From: Hormiphora californensis
Taxonomy: Eukaryota; Animalia; Ctenophora
Length of the DNA: 64,000 bases
NCBI GenBank assembly: GCA_020137815.1
Contig: CM035352.1
Coordinates: forward strand, 3,038,001 to 3,102,000
Direction: 5' to 3'
The stretch's first letter is position 1, and each line of letters begins with the position of its first letter. Below the pieces are notes generated by a model. It was not told where the DNA came from, searched no databases, and saw only the letters and a list, made by a program, of their open reading frames with translations. A program made the translations under genes and the position numbers. Positions 13,870 through 30,600 of this stretch are shown here, one piece after another.

Positions 13870-14832
13870 TACAAAGGCAAAGAAATCAATACACACATCA
13901 GAACCGTACACACTAAGGACCCCACACAGCGTCTGCTGCAGCTAAGGGGCCCTGAAATCTAGATAGAAGGCTAGTAAAATACTGCAAAAGCCTCGTCACG
14001 GTAATTGAAGTACTAAAGAGAGGGGGTAGAAAATACCTGGTGGACTGGGCGGCTATCCCGAGGGTGGAGCAGCCTCATATCTCGGACTGTGAACATGAAC
14101 AGAGTGGGGAGGGGTAGGGCCGTAGGGGGAGGGGTAGGGGGAGGTGTATTGTGTACTAGAGAACGTTACTGGGTACAATGGACTCAATCAGGTGTTTCTT
14201 AGTGAGACGGACAAACTCAGTCAGTGAATCACTCTGTCTGATAGAGTAGGGCAGCTTATTCCACAAATCAGTGACTCGGTGAAAAAAGCTAGCCCTAAGA
14301 GCCCTATGAGTGTTCGTGTGGTAGGCAGACATGAACACTAGAGTCGTTTTGTCACGACCCTCACGAATGTCACTATTCTGACGGGTGGCTCTGAGTGTGC
14401 TGGGGTTGATCGGTTGAATGTACTGAGGGACAGTGATGCTAATCATACCATACACAATCTTGTAAAACAATCTAAGATCGTAAAACTCGAACAGCTGCTT
14501 AAACGGGAGAAGGTTCAAACTCAGCAGATGATCCACATACTCGTCATTTGTATACGAGGCAAGTGGTTCATTTCTGATCCATTTCACAACCCGTTTTTGC
14601 AGCAGTTCAAGTGACCTCAGACTACCAGCATTCACACACGACCAGACCTGGTTACAGTGCTCAACTAACGACCTCACCATGGACAGATACAGTGTTCTCT
14701 TACAAGAACTCCTACTAAGGAAATAACAAGTCCTGCGGAGCAGGTTGAACTTAAACGACATGGATGTGATAATAGAGTCACAGTGGGAGTTGAAATCTAA
14801 AGTGCTGTTGATGACAATACCCAGGTCACGTT
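13870..14832 (-). mobile_element. 5'-truncated LINE (CR1/L2 group), RT C-terminus plus 3' UTR
   Basis: Reading frame RDLGIVINSTLDFNSHC...LYLSMVRSLVEHCNQVWS...LELLQKR...FFHRVTDLWNKLP, typical of the CR1/L2 ORF2 end. The 3' boundary is approximate. Confidence 0.82.
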
Positions 14833-14957
14833 AGAGATTACAAATCAGTTCATGGTGACCCACACATGCTCACCCTTCACACAGACACCCCACACAAACA
14901 TCCACTACTACCACACCCCTCCCCCCTCCGCATCCCCCTCCCTTCCCAAACCCAGAA

Positions 14958-15722
14958 TCTCCATCTCTCCATCTCTCCATCTCTCCATCTCTCCATCTCT
15001 CCATCTCTCCATCTCTCCATCTCTCCATCTCTCCATCTCTCCATCTCTCCATCTCTCCATCTCTCCATCTCTCCATCTCTCCATCTCTCCATCTCTCCAT
15101 CTCTCCATCTCTCCATCTCTCCATCTCTCCATCTCTCCATCTCTCCATCTCTCCATCTCTCCATCTCTCCATCTCTCCATCTCTCCATCTCTCCATCTCT
15201 CCATCTCTCCATCTCTCCATCTCTCCATCTCTCCATCTCTCCATCTCTCCATCTCTCCATCTCTCCATCTCTCCATCTCTCCATCTCTCCATCTCTCCAT
15301 CTCTCCATCTCTCCATCTCTCCATCTCTCCATCTCTCCATCTCTCCATCTCTCCATCTCTCCATCTCTCCATCTCTCCATCTCTCCATCTCTCCATCTCT
15401 CCATCTCTCCATCTCTCCATCTCTCCATCTCTCCATCTCTCCATCTCTCCATCTCTCCATCTCTCCATCTCTCCATCTCTCCATCTCTCCATCTCTCCAT
15501 CTCTCCATCTCTCCATCTCTCCATCTCTCCATCTCTCCATCTCTCCATCTCTCCATCTCTCCATCTCTCCATCTCTCCATCTCTCCATCTCTCCATCTCT
15601 CCATCTCTCCATCTCTCCATCTCTCCATCTCTCCATCTCTCCATCTCTCCATCTCTCCATCTCTCCATCTCTCCATCTCTCCATCTCTCCATCTCTCCAT
15701 CTCTCCATCTCTCCATCTCCAT
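14958..15722. repeat. Perfect octamer microsatellite (CTCTCCAT)n, ~95 copies
   Basis: Seen directly; it produces the spurious SISPSLHL/ERWRDGEM ORFs. Confidence 0.98.
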
Positions 15723-16243
15723 GCAAAACGCACATTCATGACTAGAGAATAGAGATAGATAAACGTAATTGAAGCGAAGAAAAGAAATGGTAGTTGGGTG
15801 GCGCCCTTGTTGGGACAGCTCTGCTTCCCAGCTGTTCGACACAGGGAGGACTCAGGAAGAAAAGAAAGCCAATTAGACATAAATGGGTGATTCAAAGATG
15901 ACGTCCACTGTCCAGGAGTAGGGGAGGGGCCAGGGGGAGGTAGCCGGCGGACCTTACCTGGAGTTATGAGTAAAGTCAAAGCTATAATTTTAGTGAATAT
16001 CCTCAAGCTCCTCCATCATGATAGTAAACACCTCCAACTGCTTCTGGGATTGTAGTTTTACTAATTTATCCTGTTTTTTTCATTTTTACAAACATCCTAA
16101 ATGGAAAGGGTGGCTTTCACATCGGTAAGCGGTAAATGTTAGGCCCTAACTTGGTATAGGGCGTTCTGGTACATTTAATATGGTAAACCTCAACCCAACC
16201 CAATCGACAACCGGCCTAACAGAGGTCAGGGACATACAAAAGA

Positions 16244-16335
16244 TAGAGAGGGAGGGAGAGAGAGAGAGAGAGAGGGAGAGGGAGAGAGAGAGAGAGCGAG
16301 AGAGAGAGAGAGAGTGACAGAGAGAGACAGAGAGA
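16244..16335. repeat. Imperfect (GA)n microsatellite
   Basis: Seen directly. Confidence 0.9.
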
Positions 16336-17226
16336 GGTCATTGGTCAAGCACGAGATCAAGCACGAGGTCGAGCACGAGGTCGAGCACAAGGTCAGCACA
16401 AGGTCTGGACACGGTCGTGGAGAAGGTCTGCGATGAAATGAACAGATTCCAGAGATTTTAATCTATTTTTCAAACTCGCGCGGCTCATCAATGTGACTTA
16501 CCTGATTTTGATTTGCGCGTGACTGTGCAGTGTGCACTACCTGTGTTCTCGACCTGTGCACTACCTGAACATTTCCGAGTATGCTCATATGGGACACCCT
16601 GTATGCCAAAGCTGCACTGGACAAAAATTTTAAATCAAAACTGGACGCCGCGCATTCAAATGCGTCACTTGTTTTCAAGATATGGCGCGCTACAAATTAA
16701 ATGTACTGCGCGCGTTAAAACTTTTTATTGCGCTGCCGAAATTTCGTCGAGAAAATTCACTTTTTTTGAACCAGAAAAGTGGTTTTTTTTCACACAAAAA
16801 CCGTTTTTGAACATAAAAACGCTCTGCTTTTCTTAAATACCGCATATGAAACACTCTGAGCCAACAGTGTACGTCAGAATATGTGTCTGAGGGAAAACGT
16901 TAAAATCTGGGTGCCTTTCATTGCTAACAATTCGTAGTTTTAGCGCGCGCGACGGGTTAGGGCTATCCGTTAGGGTCTGGTTAGGGTTTGGTTTGGGGTT
17001 ATCGGTTAGGGCTATCGATTCTTTAACAGATACCGTTTAGTTTACTCAAATTGGCCATGTGGTTGCATGGCTATAGCCGTTTGAAAAAAGTCGGTCTAAG
17101 TGTACTCTGTTGGTAGCGCGCACCTGTAAACAGGCTCCAAGGCACCCAGATTATAATCGCGCCTGTGTCTGAGCTCATCGAACAAAATTAATCATACGAT
17201 AATCTTTAAATCAGCTTCATTTTAGC

Positions 17227-19656
17227 ATGGTTGGTGGCTCCGAAGGCCAGTCCTCTAGCTTCTCCAGTAATGGGGAGGATATGGAGGACAATTTTCTAGT
17301 TTGTTGTGCACCCATTGAATGTTCCTCGCCCTTCACACCAGTCAATTTACATAAGGTTTGTTCAATAACTCCATTCTACAAGGTTGGCCTAATTCCTAAA
17401 CCTGATGGCTGATCATATGCATGTTATCGTAAAATTGTTACGCGTTGACGACTGACGTCAGCTGACATATGTAAGAGAAGGGTCATCTTTTAAATATGAT
17501 GTGTATTGTGTACATATATTGCTGTCTGGACCACCAAACCAATCTGAACGGTGCCGCCAGACAGGTATTATAATTTGTGGTATGTTATGTAAGTTTATTT
17601 CAGAGTGTGAAACTAACTTCATCCAGTGACCAGTGCTCCTGTTCTCTTTACATGCACCAGGCGTGTTTCGAGCAGTTTGAAGATTCCATTCTGCAATTTC
17701 TGAGAGTCTCTGGAAGAGCTCGGAGTTGGTCTGAGAAACAACGACGACAGAACATATGGAGCAAGAAAGGATATGATCTAGCAGTTAAGGCTTGTCAGTG
17801 TAAATGTAAGAAAGGATACCTGAAAAAGGATTTAGACCAACAGTTCGGTGACTTGGATGAGACCCCACCTGGTGAGGGAGGGGGAGGAGGAGGAGGCAAA
17901 GTCGAAGAAAAAGAAACGGAAATCAAATGAAAAACCTCTCCTTATTCTAACTACATCTCCGCCGAACAGAAACAGGACTGTCTCAGGTAACCTAATTATG
18001 GTCCTTTCTCGGAACATGCTCCTCTAACAATCTGCGCGTCTTTCACGTTTAGGTCGACCCAAACCCGGGTGTGAATGCTAACAACAGTGAAATTACATGC
18101 GCGTGATGTAGTATATCGCATGTAATTTCACTGTTGTAAGCATTCACACCCGGGTTTGGGTCGACCTAAACGTGAAAGACGTGCAGATTGTTAGAGGAGC
18201 ATGTTCCGAGAATGCAGCATTATGACTTCCCATCTTTCTTTAGTCATTAAAAAAGTGTACACACATCGTGATATGAATATTGATTGAATGAGAGTCGTTG
18301 AGCAATGAGCAATCTACCATATTATCCTAATCCTAACAGGTTGTTCAACTGGAAGTGATGGATGTGGAATACCACGTCACCACAAAGAGCCCCCATTCTC
18401 ATTCTCCCGACGGTCAGATTACCATGCCTTTCTGATGTCCCTCCCACGACAACTCCTAAATCCCTATCATATTAAAATGGAGGACGAGACTTATGGAGGG
18501 AATTATGATGAAAATAGGAATTTTGTTCTGTCCAACCTCACCACGCACAAGGTATGTTACACTGGGTTTCAAGACTGTGTTTTACTCGGTCTTTGGATGG
18601 TCGACCCGGTCTATGGAAGGTCGACTCAGTCTTTGGCCTATGGAGGATGGGGTTGACTCTGTCTTTTAAACTAGTTATTTATTCAGGTGAACACTGTCCA
18701 TTGCTTTCTATGCCTACGAGTCCTGCCAGTCTACGATAGATATCCTCTTATTGATGGTGAGTGAAATTATTCAAAATCAACTTTCACTGCCATTCTTATT
18801 GGTTCAATTAGCAGAAGACACACATAAAACAACCCCCTGCAGGACTGTTTTTTCTTTCCGTCCACAAGTCTCACAAGTCAGCGGTAGAGATTGAATATGG
18901 TGGACAGAAGCGATTTCTATGTTCAATCTGTGTAGGGTGCCTTCACAACTACTCAGCAAGGGTGAGTGACTGTTTTGTTCAAATAGGGTCGAGACTAGAG
19001 CCTCTTTTACAAATGTAAAGGATGAAGAACATAACAAAGAAGGTGAGTGACACAGATTGGATTCCTGGTGTTTTCCTAGTGTTTTAATCCTTCTTATATT
19101 AGCTTGGGCTCCCTTTAATTCCCTGCCTCTTTCATTGAGCTCCCTTTAATTCCCTGCCTCTCACATCGGGCTCCCGTTAATTCCCTGCCTCTCTCAGATT
19201 GGGCTCCCTCTAACTCCCTGCTATTCTCAGATTGGGCTCCCTTTAATTCCAGCTACCATTCTCAGATTGAGTGTCGTCACTGTGGGGAGGAGTGGACAAA
19301 TGGAAAACTCTACCAGCTTGGCACCCTCTATAGTTTCGACATCTTTGCAGCATACCCCTGCTGCAAGAAACGCTCTCAATGCACCAACTGCAAAGATAAT
19401 GTATGTCCATTTGTAAGAGAGAGTTGGCCGTGGTCCAAGATCACTCCCACGTTCTCTCGCTCAATCCTCTCTTTCTCCCATTCTCTCTCCCTCTACCTCT
19501 CTCTCTCTCTCTCTATCTCTCTCCTCTATCTCTATCTGTCTTTCTCTCAATCAAAGGACCCCCTCACTATTCATTTTGCCTCTAGGCATCATCATAAAAT
19601 GTCTGACCCCCTCTTCGGCTTAATTAGCCTTACACACATACCCGCTCGTTCCTTCT

Positions 19657-19691
<35 letters not shown>

Positions 19692-19864
19692 CTTTCACTG
19701 CCTCACCGAAACATCCACCTCATCAGGTTCTAGAGGGGTGTGACCAACCCACCTCCTACTCCTGGTTCGCCCAGCCCGTTTCTTGTGGATCCTGTGGAGA
19801 TGTGGATTTCCACTTCTCCAAACCACACCTGTCCACCTTCAAGATCACCGACCAACATCAGTAG
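17227..19864 (+). CDS. HECA: Headcase protein homolog (multi-exon; apparent +1 frameshift in a G run)
   Basis: MHQACFEQFE..GRARSWSEKQRRQNIWSKKGYDLA..CQCKCKKGYLKKDLD (headcase N domain), LNPYHIKMEDE, YPLIDG, LYSFDIFAAYPCC. The last exon ends DQHQ* at 19864. Confidence 0.9.
18006..18212. repeat. ~207-bp hairpin (MITE-like) in a HECA intron
   Basis: ~95-bp inverted arms with few mismatches and a ~15-nt loop. Confidence 0.85.
19105..19270 (+). repeat. ~30-33-bp tandem repeat containing duplicated 3' splice acceptors
   Basis: GGGCTCCCTTTAATTCCCTGCC.. repeated ~5-6 times. TCTCAG|ATT occurs three times; the last (19265) joins in frame to IECRHC. Confidence 0.75.
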
Positions 19865-20653
19865 AAACTTTGTTTTAGTTGCTCATGGACAACTTTCATA
19901 AAAATGTTTTTTCTTTCTTTTCCAGGGATTTGTTATGTGGCAAAAAGCAGCAAAGACGAGTTATTAGTTTATTTTAGAGTAAATGGATTTGTTGGGTCTA
20001 GGTTCACGGGATTTTTTAGTAGGAAATGTATTACTGCTTTTTGTCAAACAATCCCTGAGCAAAAACTCTTTTACTCTCACCGAAAAACTATATCTTCTCT
20101 CCGGCAATGAAAAGGAGAACATATTTTTGCACCATGATAAACATTTACTTGGTTTTACAAGAGAACGGAATGTAATTGTTAGTATTTTTTTGTTTTTTCT
20201 GTTCAACTTTAATTTGTTAAACTTAATCCCCCACAGTTCCACAAAATGATCTTCAGCCCCAAAAGTCTGCCTTGTTTTTCTGTTTAACATTGGTAATGGA
20301 AAGGCATGCGATGATCTCATATGAAAGCAGAATTGTGAGACTTTCGGGTGCTCCAGTGCTTCCCCGGCAATTCTCATTCAGAGGATTCATACTTGCTGTA
20401 ACGCGCGAGAGACCTGAGTGAATACTAAAAACAGGGGCGCGTTTGTGCGAGGTAAACAAATCGGCGGAGCGCGGGACATCTCGTGACTGCAATTTGGCGG
20501 CCCGCCAACCAAGAGAGTTCCTCCGAAGAATCTTCTCTCTAAACTATTATAAACTGCTGCTTCTTTGTATTGAGAGAAGCTACCGGCTTTCCATATTAGG
20601 ACAAAGACCGAAACACGCTGGTTTTTAGGATAAAATTAAAAACAGATGATAAG

Positions 20654-21905
20654 TTATTGCAAAGCAAGGAAAGCAGCCTTCTTCTGGGCGACTCGTCCCT
20701 TCTTCTGTGCCAGGGACATCCTCTGTTTCTTGTAGCTCTTGGGCTTGTAGTCAGCGGGCTTCTCCTTCTTGGGAGCGGGCGAAGGATCGGCTCGGATGGC
20801 GGCGTGGGCGGATGTGTAGACTCCCTCCAGCATATCTGGCATGATTCCCTCCTTGAGGTAGGCGGCGAACTGGCGTTTGTAGGCGTCGTTATCCTCCTCT
20901 AGGAGCTGCTGCATGTAGTTGGACACGTGAGATCCTAGGATCCTGGCTCGGTGGGCAGCGGCATCGTAGTCGCCTGGAAGGTGGGGTTAGTGGAGGGAAG
21001 GATTGGAGAATAGTTGAAGAATGTGCACACATATGTGGATGCGGAAAAACTATGTTAGTAGAATTAACACGACGGGAGGGGAGGGTGACTTACTGGTCTC
21101 AGGGTTGTATCCGGGGAATCGCTTGTTGGAGTGGGGGATATCGAGACCTCCGTCAACAGCTCCCTTCAGCACACCGAATACTCGGGCACCAGCAGAGGTC
21201 CTGGACAGACCGACATCAAGGACACAGTAGAACGCACCCCTCTCACCCTCTTTCTCGACGTAGTAGTCCTCACCATCAACCTTCTCGACTCCTGAAATGG
21301 GGAGGAATGAGGATTAAAACTTTTTTTCGTCAACCAGAAAAAAAGTGGTGAAAATGTACGAAAATATGGGCCATGGGGGGATTAAAAAGATAATAACCAT
21401 CTCTTGAGCCAGAACTGGTACTTCCACACTTACCCTTGTAGGTATCGTCGAGCTTGTATTTCTGGTTCAGCCTCCTGGCGAGGAGAAGTCCGACAGCGTA
21501 TGAAGCGGCGTAGTTGGTCAGACCAGCCTTGATTCCATACCTGGGCAGCTCTGAGCTCCGGGCATCAGCAACAACCTGGGGGAGAGGAGGTTTGAAAAGG
21601 GAGAAAATAGTAAATTGGGGAGACAAAATTAGCCGTGAATAACTGAATATCATTCAATAATTACCATTTCACCCAGTATATCTCACCTTATCTCCCTCGA
21701 TGGTAGCATATGCAACCTGGGCAATGATGGTCTTGTTGGTGAACCTAACGATCAGCCTGTACTTGGGGGTGTTGTATTTATTCTTGTTCTGGACGATCAG
21801 CCTCTTACGGGCAAAGTAGTCAGTCTTTCCCTCTCGCCTCCTCCTGTATTTGACCTGGAACCTCTTGAAGTAGGCCTTGTTCTTAACGACCTTAACAAAA
21901 CCCAT
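20654..21905 (-). CDS. RPL5: 60S ribosomal protein L5 (uL18), 4 exons
   Basis: [30 protein letters not shown]; GLTNYAASY; [20 protein letters not shown]. Exons 21687-21905, 21434-21575, 21094-21291, 20654-20973. Confidence 0.98.
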
Positions 21906-22062
21906 CGCTAGATATGCGGAGAGAGGAGGTTAGAAAAGGGGAGATGATTACAAGGGAGTGGGGTTTAGAAAGGAGGGTTGTGAAAAGACAAATAAGGGGA
22001 GCTGTTTGGGTAAAAAAAGAATGCTGGGTTTCTCATAAATAAAAAGAATGATAAAACACAGT

Positions 22063-27317
<5,255 letters not shown>

Positions 27318-27614
27318 CCTATAATTAGTTATTATAATTAGTATAATTAGTTATTATAATTAGTATGGTAGTTAAAGGGTTATTCGCGGAAATATAATGG
27401 GTGTTAGTAAAATCAGAAAAGGGGACTTGGAGGGAATTGAAAGAACAAGGATTTAGTATTTCTGAAATAGCATCAACTGTTATCAACTGCACACATCGAC
27501 ATCATTAAATATATTTATACTGAAACCAAGACTGAAACATGCAAAAATAAAAAAGGTTAACAATATTCTCTCACTTTACACAAATACTGACCATCCATGC
27601 ACTGACCCCTTTAG

Positions 27615-30600
27615 TTAATTTGGTCGCCTCATAGCAGCAATCTTGCCCTTCAAATACTTAGGCACCCCTTCCACCCCCTCTACACCTTCAACAGGTGTAT
27701 TCAGCAGCCGAGATATATCAGTAATATCCCTAGATAGAGGTATCTCTAATGCCCCCATAACGTTACTAATATAACTAACATCAGAACACAGCTGTTTACA
27801 ACCTGGACCAGTTAGAGAGGGGATTCTGAGGATAACTTCGACCAGAGAGAACATGGTACTTTGACAGATACAGGTTAGCCAGGCAAAGGCGTCACCTTCA
27901 ACATCTGAGATATGGAAGGAGGGATTAGTGAGACTAGCTGGCGAACGGAGTAATTGTTGTAGGAGTGCTGGAATAATTTAATGGATTGGGGAAATAACTG
28001 AAAAGAAAAAACAACCGAAGTCAAGAAATTTATCATGAACTTACCATCTGTCATGCCAGGGAATTGAGAGAAATCCACCTGTTTCAGGGCTGTATCCAGC
28101 GGGGTGTTTTCCTCTGCAAAGAAAGGTTCCAGTTGTTGCGGTAAAAGGAGCAGGTAGTCCCCTAACTGGGTGATATAAGAAAGGGGGGATGGTGTAAACA
28201 CCGCACCCTCCTCACTCTGCCACTCCTTGTTGAGATGTACACCGTGTACAGTGGTACGGACACTACACATCACAAAATCAACACAAAGCTTGTTGGCCAG
28301 GTTGATAGGTCTACTAAACATAGCCCTGCATTTCTTGAACAGCTCAGTTTCAGATGATAGGGATGAGAGGAGGGAGGCATTATCTGGGGAGAGTTCCGAC
28401 CAGAATTGTAGAGATGACAGGACATCATTATCACCAGGGGTTGAGGTAAGGATGGTGTTCACTGTTTGTGTTTCTAGTTGCTGGATGTTTAGGTAACACT
28501 TCTCCTAACACCTGTAGTAGGTTGAAACAAGACTGGAAGCCCACCCAGTGGTCTTCTTGGAGTCGTTGTGTGGTGCCCGGGTCAACTCCAAATGCAGCGC
28601 GGAGATCTCTGAAGGAGAATGGGTGGTTAGGTGTTGGGCAATGGACAGGTTAAGTTGGGTCTAATATTGGACAATGGGCAGGTTAACTTGGGTCTGATTT
28701 GGGGCAAGGGACGGGTTAATTTTGCACCAATCCGGAGAATCGGCAGGTTAACTTTGCACGGTGGATCGACATCTGCGCGCCTCAAAAATGGTCATCGCTG
28801 TGCCTGCATTGCGTGGATGGGTTGGTGGGGTGTCACCGCGCGTTACATCAAAAGTCAACCAACAACACTCCTTACAGAGAAAAGGTACACTCGAACCTTG
28901 TACACTCAAATGTAGAGTACTGTACATTATTAAATACTCACTTGATCAGAGTGCAAATCTTCTCAACGAGCAGATCAAAGTAAAACTCAATAGCTGATAC
29001 GGTATCGGACAGGGCATATCTGGTACATTCCAAACACAGGGGAATGTATTCTGATACATGATCCACAACCATCTTAGTGCTAGCGTGGAGCTCCGATACA
29101 CACTCCGAGCTCGTCTTGCGGAGTCTCTGGGGGAGATAAGAATTACGATGATAGCTAACGGAAACTTTGACATATCAATTAATTTGTAACTTCTTTAAAC
29201 CGAAAGTTTATGACGACTAAATTGTTACACTATGCGGAAGTTGGAGGGAAGTGTCAGGTGAGATCCCATCCCGCCTCACCTGTTTCTACCCCATCACCCT
29301 TACCATTGGCAAAGAATGGATATCCCGTAACAGTGAACTCTTAACCTTATCTCCAAATGACAACAAATGTTTTGATAAAGGAGCAAATGTAACCCGTAGC
29401 AACTGCTCCCGGCCTTCAGACCCTGGTAAATCCTTTGTTATTGATTTAGCAAACCTGAAATTAAGGATGCAATGATGGATTAAATATAAATCATACACTC
29501 GAAGTTCCCCAGTTTTTGGCCCTTTTTTAAACAAATTCCCTAACTTTTTTGTCCAATGTGCAATACCGACCTTGTTGTAACATTAAGTAGTGTCCTCAGT
29601 GTGTGAACGGGTTTACTGGCATCTGACATGTGACTATTGATATCTGCTAGGAGATCCAATCCCTCCAGACATTGGGAGATAAGAGAGATGACTACTGTCC
29701 CGTGGTCCTCAAATACTCCCCCTGACCAGGACATCTAGAGAGAAAGGAAAGTTTGAAACAAAAACGATTAACAAATACTGGCGAGACACCAGACCAAAAA
29801 ATAAAAAACAAAACAAACATTATTTGTTGAACTGCATAATATTAAGAAAATAAAAGTAAGACTGTTCATATCCAATAGTCAAGGTAAACACGAGATATGT
29901 TGGTACTGGCAATTGGTTCATATCTGGTTACGTCCAGGCTAACCGGGGCTGTTCATACCTGATCATGTTTTAGTTCAGTAAGGCGCTGGTAAAGTTTGGG
30001 AAGCCACTCCTCCAGAGATCCACCACGAAGAGAAAGGAAGTACTTATGGAAGGCGGTCCGGTGGGTACGGTAGTAATAGTTGTACATCTCATTTCGTCTG
30101 TTCATACCGTTGAACACCCTGTAATATAGGATCGCTTCCTCTGTCGAATCACTGCAGGGGTGAAATACAAGATTTAGATCTTATTTAGTTGTCCATACTA
30201 TCAACTCTGAACATTGCAATCGATTTCTTTCTCGATATACAGGGTGTCCCATATATTCTGTGGGTCGGTTGGCGAGCTGTCACGCAAAAACGGTGATAGT
30301 TGTGTGAAAACAAACTACGGGAGTGTGCTGGATTAATTCCTTCCTAACTGATGGCTTTGTTTTTAAATTAAATTTCAAAAGTTCATTTTTCATGAATGAA
30401 CATTCCTGTCATTCATTCGTGAATTCTGAAATATTGTTTACCTTGAGTAAAAAACTTTTCTTTGGCTCGAAATTATCTTTCCAATGAGCACCATAAAAAT
30501 CAAATTGAAGCACCGGATCGCATGGCAGGTGAGAAAATGCAAATGCATGATTTTGGCCATTCCTGCGACTTTCAATCAGCTGTATCACCGCTACTTTCAG

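Larger units (their letters stand above)
11212..16586. mobile_element. Non-autonomous TIR element (GAG...CTC ends, 4-bp TSD; Sola-like) carrying further nested repeats
   Basis: TIR GAGCATACTCGGAAATGTTCAGGT / ACCTGAACATTTCCGAGTATGCTC and TSD ATAT (11208-11211, 16587-16590). Subterminal GTCGAGCAC repeats near both ends; no transposase ORF seen. Confidence 0.82.
9658..16601. mobile_element. Foldback element family B (Tc1/mariner-like ends), ~1.57-kb palindrome interrupted by a nested 5.4-kb element
   Basis: TA-CAGGGTGTCCC start; inverted arms centred ~10420-10465. The right arm breaks at 11211 and its final GGGACACCCTG-TA resumes at 16591-16603. Intact relative at 30240-31804. Confidence 0.88.

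Noticed and set aside
14852-16006. Long ORFs with SISPSLHL / ERWRDGEM repeats
   Set aside because: Translations of a stop-free octamer microsatellite in five frames.
15955-16075. Exon-like segment (AG..GTAAG) inside the Sola-like element
   Set aside because: Stops in the frames checked and no recognisable homology.
20974-21686. snoRNAs in RPL5 introns
   Set aside because: No convincing paired C/D or H/ACA boxes found by eye; a covariance-model search is needed.
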